From Cyanophora paradoxa CCMP329 (lineage: Eukaryota; Plantae; Glaucophyta), in NCBI GenBank assembly GCA_004431415.1, contig QPMI01000084.1:1-64000 (forward strand): a stretch of 64,000 nucleotides of DNA, given 5' to 3'. The translations under genes were made by a program, and so were the position numbers. The notes beneath the pieces are model-generated. The model was not told where the DNA came from. It did no database searches and saw nothing but the letters and a program-made list of their open reading frames with translations. Positions 55,934-64,000 of the stretch are shown one piece after another; the first letter of the stretch is position 1; each line of letters begins with the position of its first letter.

Positions 55934-56845
55934 TCAAAATTTACCCAATTTCTTTGCAAATTTTGGGCGGCGCTTTTCTTGGTATGCCAGCAATAGATTG
56001 GGGTCTTTAAGTAGGTCGGCTTCGATTATTCTTTTGGTGGATCGCTTTAAGGTGGCGACGTTTCCACTCACAGGTTTCGTTATATCGGTGGTTTGGGGTT
56101 GGTCGCCATTTACCTCTGTGGAGCTCTGTTTTACCGGCTGTTTACCAGCGGGCTTTATCTCTTCCACCGCTTTTTTAAAGAACCGCTTGAATTTATATTC
56201 GTCAGGCACCGGATCAGCCTTGCCCACAGAGAATTCCAGGCTATATTTCGAGTTGTCAATGCAGATAACCTGATAGCTGTGACTGTATTCGTTCATCACC
56301 TTCTCAAACCAATGCTTTTCGTATGGATTAAACTCGTCCTCAGCACTCTCCATCTCTTTTCTGTTGGGCAGCGAGAATAGAAAGATATATTCGGAGTTAA
56401 CCCTAAGTGTCGGCGAAATCTTAGTGAGTTTTTGTGACAGAATCCACACAGATATGAATAAATGGCGCCCCGACGTGAATAGCTGATTTAATATAGGTTC
56501 ACCTCTTCCTGACATCGAAAGACTTGGATTGTCAATGAAATCATCGAGTATGATTAACAGGTTACCGACTTTCTCCTTTTTCTTGATTCGCTCCTTGCGT
56601 TTCTGTATTATATTGTCGATCAGCTTATGATCGAAATCCTCATACAAATACGATGTGACATTGTCATATTGATGGTTCCAGATCGTGGAAGCGAATATCA
56701 TCACCGAATCTATCTTGTCCTCGTTGTGGTAAAGCAGGTATTTTAAGAATACTGACTTACCTACTCCCGTTTTTCCGACAGCAAGTAAACGGCAAGGGAA
56801 TGAAAGACTTGCCGGGTCAAACTCATTCAGATCTTGTATATCCAT
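55934..56845 (-). CDS. A32-like genome packaging ATPase
   Basis: GKTGVGKS, LLIILDD, SGRHLFISVWILSQ, LRVN. Confidence 0.9.
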   Translation of the reverse strand: MDIQDLNEFDPASLSFPCRLLAVGKTGVGKSVFLKYLLYHNEDKIDSVMIFASTIWNHQYDNVTSYLYEDFDHKLIDNIIQKRKERIKKKEKVGNLLIILDDFIDNPSLSMSGRGEPILNQLFTSGRHLFISVWILSQKLTKISPTLRVNSEYIFLFSLPNRKEMESAEDEFNPYEKHWFEKVMNEYSHSYQVICIDNSKYSLEFSVGKADPVPDEYKFKRFFKKAVEEIKPAGKQPVKQSSTEVNGDQPQTTDITKPVSGNVATLKRSTKRIIEADLLKDPNLLLAYQEKRRPKFAKKLGKF

Positions 56846-56904
56846 TTCCCTTATTAGAAAGATATAAAAATAAGGAAAGGTGACAGCCTTTATCAACTTG
56901 GGTT

Positions 56905-57624
56905 TTAAATGTCATTCAATACAGCCTTTTCACCCAGGATCTCAGTGGCTTTTGCATTGTAAAATTGCGCCGCTTCTTCTTTTGAATCACAAATCTTGCG
57001 CCACCTTTGCTTTTTATATGCAAAGCACCCTTCCCACTTTCCAGTCACTGTTTGGCTGACTCCACGATATCCACTTTTATTGAGTGAGTATAAGAGGCGT
57101 TGGGGTTTAATTTCAGGATCCACATCATTGAGAACCGCAAGATGCCCAAATAGCTCAATCGCTTTAATGTTGTAAGCTGCTGCCGCCTCTTCCTTTGTGT
57201 TAAAGCAACCGAGACAAAAGCGGATGCCCTTATTTTGTATCTCAGCTCTCCACTTATCCGTTTTCTTCTCTTTGCACACTCCTTTGAAACCAGATTTATT
57301 GGTTTTCCTCATGCTTGAATTTACTGTGTTTTCTTGCGGTGTTAAGAATCTTAGATTACAGCGACGATTATCGAGTTTGTCTCTACTGATATGATCGACA
57401 AAGTGCCCTCTTTGATGTCCGAAAATCCATTTGTGCATGTCAATGTTTTTCTTTTCACCAGCAATGTATCCCCATGCATATCCCCGTTGGTTATGATAAT
57501 ACCACTTGCTTATTTTCATGACATGTTCATAATCGGCTTCGTCTACAAGCACATACTTGCCCTCTCCATATTTCCCACACAAAGCAATTCTTCTAATCCC
57601 TTCCATTTGTCCTTGCAACGCCAT
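56905..57624 (-). CDS. HNH endonuclease with two AP2 domains
   Basis: VDHISRDKLDNRRCNLR; SGFKGV..KWRAEI..LGCF.TKEEAAAAYN; second SGYRGV..EEAAQFYN. Confidence 0.9.
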   Translation of the reverse strand: MALQGQMEGIRRIALCGKYGEGKYVLVDEADYEHVMKISKWYYHNQRGYAWGYIAGEKKNIDMHKWIFGHQRGHFVDHISRDKLDNRRCNLRFLTPQENTVNSSMRKTNKSGFKGVCKEKKTDKWRAEIQNKGIRFCLGCFNTKEEAAAAYNIKAIELFGHLAVLNDVDPEIKPQRLLYSLNKSGYRGVSQTVTGKWEGCFAYKKQRWRKICDSKEEAAQFYNAKATEILGEKAVLNDI

Positions 57625-57698
57625 TATTACTACAATATGTCTTGTCCTTAAATAGACAAAGGATTAAAAATGACATCAAATTTTGACCCGAGAGACAC

Positions 57699-59147
57699 CT
57701 AGGCGGAAATTTTAGACAATCCATTGGCATTCATCACAAGAATATTGTGGCAATAAGCCGAGATCTGAACACCGACCTTTGTCCAGGTGGCGAGGGGTGT
57801 GCCATTGGGTGTGAGGAGCAGGAAACTTGAAGCTGATTGTGTTAGATCGACATAGCCAGTCGCCTTCTCACCTTTGAGCGCCGCTTTACCATCGAGGGCA
57901 AAGCAGAAGCCAGTGTAAATGGGGCGCTTGTTGCTATCGATCCAGTTAGTCATCTTGAATTTATCGGCGAGCTCCATAGCCGCGGATTGCAGCGGGACAC
58001 CAGTGTTGGAATATAGGTAATTGTTGTTATTTAGAACTTGCATCACGACATTATCATCGAAGGCAAGGGTGCGGACAGTAGAGTGCCCTCCGAAATTGTT
58101 GCCGAGTGCATTTTCGTCGCGAATCTTGACAACAAGTGCGTAAACAAGTCCAGAAATTTGAGATAGTGACAGGCGGAGACCGGAGCCGAGAGCTTGACCG
58201 GTATAATCCGCAAACTGAATATCAGTGTATGGGATGGCGATGCCAGAGGTCTTAACACGAGTAATGATTTCGCCCATCGTTTCCTCATCGATGTTAACAG
58301 CATCCATAATAAGACGAGGGGTCGTCATTTCCAGATTCGCAAGAGCAGGTGTAGGTGTGAGAGCCGCACTATCGAAAATCGCAGTGGCACCCGAGTGAGC
58401 TAAGGTCTTAATATTTCCGAAAGCAGCCGCTTGAGCAAGCGTTGTCTCGCCATCAGTAGAATTGGTCGCAGTAATTGCAGCGGCGTTATTCTGAGCGTAA
58501 ACGCCAGGAACCGCCGCAGTTTCGAGAAGCGCAGGGGTTTGGAAATATACTTCGACCGCGATTTCGGATGGGAGCGCACCGATGGGCACGCCAGCATCGA
58601 GGAAACTCGGAATTCGCATGGTAAAAATGCCGCCAGCTTGGTTGCCGCCCTCTACCTTCGGTCCGAGATGCAGCCCATGCTTGCGCTTCTTTTGGTCGAA
58701 TTCAGCCGGAGTGTTAGCCAGGAAAGCGTAATCTACCAGTCGCTCAGCCGGAATAATTTGCTCATACGACCCGTATTTAATGCTGACTCGCTGAACAAAC
58801 GAGCCAGGAAGCCCGCGGACGAATCCAGTGTTGAATAGATCAGCCGAGCAGTCAGCAGAGGTCTTGGCGATGGCAGTCAGCGCCTTCGCCGATGGAATGG
58901 TAACTTGGAGGCTAATACCATTGCACCAATTGTAGCGAGGGAGGTAGAAGACCACACGAGTGGTAGCACCAGTAGAGGAGAACAGATTGCCGGGATCCGC
59001 AATTGGAAGCACCTCCACACGAGAAGGCTTGAATTGTTTGTCCACACCTACGATAAATCCGCGATCCAAAAGCATGCTCTTGTAATCCTCCGGGGTTTCG
59101 AGGACGGATTTGAGCGTGAGGCGGCTAAGCGAGGTCGTGGGATCCAT
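57699..59147 (-). CDS. Double jelly-roll major capsid protein
   Basis: 482 aa; homologous to 42970-44196, with Ala/Thr-rich insertions. Confidence 0.75.
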   Translation of the reverse strand: MDPTTSLSRLTLKSVLETPEDYKSMLLDRGFIVGVDKQFKPSRVEVLPIADPGNLFSSTGATTRVVFYLPRYNWCNGISLQVTIPSAKALTAIAKTSADCSADLFNTGFVRGLPGSFVQRVSIKYGSYEQIIPAERLVDYAFLANTPAEFDQKKRKHGLHLGPKVEGGNQAGGIFTMRIPSFLDAGVPIGALPSEIAVEVYFQTPALLETAAVPGVYAQNNAAAITATNSTDGETTLAQAAAFGNIKTLAHSGATAIFDSAALTPTPALANLEMTTPRLIMDAVNIDEETMGEIITRVKTSGIAIPYTDIQFADYTGQALGSGLRLSLSQISGLVYALVVKIRDENALGNNFGGHSTVRTLAFDDNVVMQVLNNNNYLYSNTGVPLQSAAMELADKFKMTNWIDSNKRPIYTGFCFALDGKAALKGEKATGYVDLTQSASSFLLLTPNGTPLATWTKVGVQISAYCHNILVMNANGLSKISA

Positions 59148-59180
59148 ATTTCGTTTTTATCTTCCGCTGAGAAATTTATT

Positions 59181-60465
59181 TTAGAAGAACGGATTATTTT
59201 TTACAGCCACCCCGCTCAACGCATTCGTTAAATTGCCGCAATGCGGGTAGTCCTCATATAGCATTTTCGCGAATCCCTTATTAACAATGCGCTGTAAATC
59301 GTCGTCGGGCTCATCCACTCCCATAGTAATTTCCAAAATGAATGTGTGCTCACAGCTTCCGAGGAAATACCTATAACCGCTCTCCGTGAGAATTTGAACG
59401 GTTAAACTATCAAAGGAGAGGCGGGTGTTAAAGTATTTCGTGAAAGCATCCGCCCCATAATTAATTAGCTCAGCATCCGCATAGGCTGTGCCTTTCGAAA
59501 TCGGGATCTTAGCGAGGAATCCATTAGTAGCCTCGGTGCATGTCGTAAAAAGCGAGCAGTCCGGCTCTGTGATCTTTAAAACTATTGCATTATCCGGTGT
59601 ATAATCAGGGGCAGTGCCTCCGGCTATGCCTAAGACCAGAGCCGTCGAATTATAATTGCGGAATGCATCACCAGCTGAGTAAACGACACCGCTCCAGCGA
59701 AGGCTGTGTAGCCCGATCCGTTGTATTGATCTATCATTATATTCTCTCTGATCGATGTAAACCCGAGAAGAGTCATCGTGCGATAGGCGAGCACCTTTCT
59801 TTCATTCGCAGTAGACGCAGTGGCATTACTCGGTCCATATTTCGTGAAAGCTATGTAGACATAATCACTCGAATAAAAGCATATAGCATTTAATGTGCTC
59901 TCAAAACGACATCTCACCACCGGGTAAAAGGTTCCTCCTGTCGATGCGTAGCTTGGATTAATTTTTGTGTCGATCATATCCTTGATGTAGTTGCCAGTTC
60001 CATTTTTCGTTAAGATGTTATCGATTGCAGTGGCAAGGTCGGTTCCAGTCGAGTATGTGCCGGAGGGATCGTAATTGCTACGTCTCTGTATCGGGTATAT
60101 CTTCTGAAAGTGTTTAGGTAATCAGGCGGTATATAGTTGCCTTGGTCGCCAGCATCTATGGCTTTGTAAGCGTCATATATTGCAGTCGCTTGTGTTTCTC
60201 TTATTTGCTCAGTGGCACCATTGAGCTGTCCACTCGAAAATCGGTAAGGAAATGATATGAAAATCGTATTAGCATCATCGGCTTTCGTCTCCCCGATTTC
60301 AGTATAGAATTGAGGGCTTGGAACCGTCGGAATCGTGTTGGAAAATTCGATCTGTCGCACAGCGATGCTCTTCACATTGTGGTATTGCTTTGGAAGGGTC
60401 ACCTTATAGGAATGAGCCGAGCCCTCTGATCGATCACGGCTACTGATGCTGAGATACTCGCGCAT
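59181..60465 (-). CDS. Minor capsid (penton) protein, frameshifted
   Basis: YLSISSRDRSEG..YKVTLP..; FLAKIPI; LTVQILTESG..HTFILEI. Confidence 0.7.
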
Positions 60466-60492
60466 TTTATTCTTTATTAATAGGAAATAAAA

Positions 60493-61400
60493 ATGATTCG
60501 GAAGCCAGTTAACGATTTCTATAATGGCAAGTTTACGAGGGTCAATGTTAATATCGATTCTATTGAGCGCAGTGCAGGGCACCCGGGAGAATATACAGTA
60601 AAGCTTTCTCAGCGACTTCTGAACGTAAAAGGGGTGCGCATTGCGAGCGCCGAGCTCCCAAACACGATTTATGCTGTCACCGATAATTCCAGAGGCGTGA
60701 CCATACAGGGAATGACTAACAGCATCACCTTTTCCCCTTTCCCTGACATAGGAAACTACACCCCAGCGATTTGGGGATATGGTAATAAGAACTTAGGCTA
60801 TTCGGGCGGTTTTGTCGATGTAAACCCTCTCACAAGCGAAAGCGTCACAGTCTACTACAAGTGGCTCTATAATCCAGCGACTATGAAAATTACGTTTTAT
60901 TCGAGCATTCCCCTCACACTGAGCTGTGCACATGACGACTTCGCAAGGTTCCATGGAATGATCAAAGGGGATATTTATCAAACAATTCCAGTTGGTGAGG
61001 GTTCAGAGCATCTCACGGTAGACTATTTACCCCTCACACCCAGCAATCCAAAATACTCATTTCTACAAGCCTATGAGGGCAAAACAAAATACCCCGCCGG
61101 AATATCTGTGCTTCCATTCCCTCTCGAACATGCAGTGACCTTCCCAAATGCGATTAATCTAATGCAAAGACAGATGAGGGCGGAAATGCAAACCTCGCTA
61201 AGATCCCACTAACCAGCCCCTTGGGATCGTTTGTTTACTACCTGACATTCCGCAGAATCGATACTGTGGAGTTCTTTAATTCCCACGATCAGGCTTATGA
61301 TATAGACACCCTCACAATTAAATGGCTCGATGCCTACAATAATGTAGTCGACTTTAATGGCGTTAATCACAGCTTTATATTAGAGGTGCTATCGGGTTAA
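60493..61400 (+). CDS. Second minor capsid (penton)-like protein, frameshifted
   Basis: VNIDSIERS..YTVKL..SAELPNTIYAV; LTIKWLDAYNNVVDFNGVNHSFILEV. Confidence 0.75.
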
Positions 61401-61418
61401 AATAATCTTATATTACAA

Positions 61419-64000
61419 ATGAGTATCACGAATCTCCCCTTTATCACTCGGGAAACCTTGTATTTGGATGACGGTTTCGAGCTCAGCAGTAACATTACCG
61501 CTTCCAATGTGACCATATCTTCGAACCTTGTGGTAAAAGACTTTCTATTAAATCAGAGCAACCTTGAATATATTGATATCACCAGCAATCTCCCTTTTAC
61601 CTATGGCACTGATAACTCAGCCCTCGTTATCTATCATGGGGCTCGCCTGTTGCATTCTTTGGCAGCAATTTCCCCACTGTGCGAACCTTTCAGCACGAAA
61701 TCAATAAAGCCCGCCCCATCCCACTGACAGCTGTCGTAGAATGGGATCCTGTTAAATATTCGCAGAGCATCACAAGCAATATTACACTCACTCGACCACA
61801 TTTAATTGAGGTCATGGGGGTCGACCTTGTAAAGGAGTTTTATAGTGAGCGATTCACAAGAAACGAGCGAGATGTAGCCCAGGATCTCGAAATCTCGGGT
61901 TTATCAATTGCTACCGCAGCAAACACGGCAGGGCTCGCTGTTTTAACAGGGGCTATCACCATCACTGATGCGATCATGTATTTATCCGCGATTTGGTGCC
62001 TTTGCTCGATCATCAGTTTAATCTCGGGCAATCTAACACTGATGCTGTTAAGAAATGGCTCAATGTGTATGCCTATGATGGGTGGTTTGATGACTTGCAC
62101 ACGACTAACCTTTATAGCACGACCTCAAAAACAAGTAACATAATCTTGCCTTTCAATCACTCAGTCCGACCTAATCAGATTCTTACCAATGATAATGCAC
62201 TGATCAGCTACACCGACTATAATAGTAACCTTTCCCGCTCGGTTTCGCAAACTGAGACCTACACTGTCGAGGGATACCCTCAGCAGCTCGCAAATGGGGT
62301 CTATGTCGCTTACGTAGGCAAACCTACATATACATTCACTTGGGATCAGTTGGGTGTCACAGGTTTCGAGACGAATATACCCACTGTTTCATTGGTGGAT
62401 CACACTACTTATTATAATCCTATCTATAACAATAATGAATCTAATAAAGCATTTATCCAAAATGTCACCTCCACAGGGTTTCAGGTTTCGTTTGTCATTA
62501 ACGAGACATACAATTTACTTATCATCCGAAACAACTCATTGAGTTCCGAAGCTACTATTAGTTTCACTCTTAACATCAATTATATCACCCTGAATTCGAT
62601 AGCAAACCAGAGTGAAGGTTTACCGAGATTTACAAGGTAGCAATATCGTGCCCTTCTCACAGAATTTCGATCTTGGGGCGAATTCTTTGAGGTGGAACAC
62701 AGTTTATACTTTGAATGCAAACACCTGTAATATTGTGGTCGCAGGGTCATCGGCTACTATTGGAGATCTGACCGCCCTTTCAAAAAGGAGTATCTTAAAG
62801 AGCTGTATATTACAAAGTCTGATTTACCAGATGCTATTTCGTTGGTGCTCTCCCGACTCCCAGTATATCCTATCACAATGTGAAAGACACCAGTAATGTA
62901 GTGCAGAGGGAAGCAAAGTATTCCAGGCATCCGAGATATCAGCAACAACATATAGATACCTTGCAGCGGTTCCAGCGAATTTTAATTTCACATTTGAGAC
63001 ACCATTTGTTTCCCTCCTACTATTGAAATAACTGACACGAATTTGTATGTGATCAATAATGGGTCGACCACCTCTATTAACAATGCACCAGCCGGCTACT
63101 CCCCATTTGTTGCAACTAACATAACAACCACCGGCTTCACACTTGTCGGAAATGCAACAGTGACATATGCTCTTACAGCATATCCTGTTGGGTTGTATTT
63201 TGCGAAATTTAATCTTTCAGCGATCCCACCTGTGTCCCTTTCTCCTCCCTTTACTATCAATTGGAAGGCAACAGGAACTATTCCGCGATTTGACCCCGAA
63301 GACCGCTTGAAAATAAGGTATCCTCTCGATGTGACCGACCTCCATACTACGAGAATAAATGGGCAGAATTTCGTATTTAATGGAACCAATGCGACTCTGA
63401 TCAATAACAGTGTCACAAATAATTACTTTTTCGATTCTCGATATATTAATACTTGCAATATTGTCATACAAAACACGTTTGAAAATCGCAGTAAGACCTT
63501 AACAGTCACCTTGCCCACTCACTCGAATGTCTCAGATGGATTTCACTATTACCTGTTCAATCGCAATTACACCTCTTATATTCCATATCCTTCTGAGACT
63601 GTGGATATGAGCTATCCAGAGTCACCCTAACATCGACCAATGCTGACTTCTTTGGATCCACGGACTTTATGACCTTCTTTGCTTTCACATCCTCTACTGA
63701 TGGGCTCTTAGTTTATTACACTTTCAGGTATGATGCTGTTTGGACTCAGCTTGACAGCCACCCAAATACAGATGTAATCGAAGTGGGCGATAAGAAATAT
63801 ATTAAAACCGCTTCCCCATGGGTGTGCACTGTCCGGCTCGATGATAGATACACTCCCAACCTAAATAGCATCGGAATGCACTCGACTTGCAATATTTATG
63901 TGCAAGGTGCAATTTCGGCTACCAAATATTTCGAGGGTGGGAACTGTGATGCAGCCCATAGGTTGCTATCGAGAAATGGGCTCTTTGAGTCATTTAGTGG
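61419..64000 (+). CDS. Large fibre/spike-like protein, frameshifted, continuing beyond the window
   Basis: N/T-rich; PFSQNFDLGANSLRWNTVY; two gp53-like domains (N.T.TGF..INW.ATG). Confidence 0.6.

Larger units (their letters stand above)
26700..64000. mobile_element. Element B: integrated Polinton-like virus (left end approximate and duplicated at ~30242; right end outside the window)
   Basis: rve integrase, pPolB, AEP-SF3 helicase, A32 ATPase, DJR MCP, pentons, fibre. Abrupt GC drop at ~26700, where AGCCTTGCCGCGTCTC resembles the GCCGTGTCTC motif in element C's TIR. Confidence 0.8.

Overview
Eukaryotic (protist/algal-type, GC-rich, intron-dense) genomic window dominated by integrated Polinton-like virus (PLV)-type elements. 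(A) 1-~14040 is the right part of a GC-rich virus-like element. It carries a penton-like fragment, a giant coiled-coil/fibre gene, a fibre with a Peptidase S74 chaperone, an FN3 + glycine-rich protein, two paralogous orphans, an HNH gene, three (GGGACTT)n arrays and a possible tyrosine-recombinase att-like end. ~14-22 kb is host DNA with spliced genes: SVIP-like, PITP, and a head-to-head patatin phospholipase. ~22-26.7 kb holds degraded repeats and fragments, including a USP-like fragment. (B) ~26.7 kb to beyond 64000 is an AT-rich PLV: rve integrase, a pPolB that appears to lack its exonuclease domain, RING, AEP primase-SF3 helicase, A32 ATPase, HNH-AP2, DJR MCP, two pentons and a fibre. Its putative left end lies in a 3.54-kb tandem duplication. 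(C) 40795-52336 is a complete 11.5-kb mini-PLV with 404-bp TIRs and a 5-bp TSD (TTGCA), encoding ATPase, MCP, penton, a pPolB-SF1 helicase-HNH fusion and an rve integrase. It is inserted into the middle of B's primase-helicase gene, and its capsid genes are homologous to B's. Many frameshifts in A and B sit in homopolymers and may be long-read errors. All protein calls come from motif recognition by eye, not database searches.
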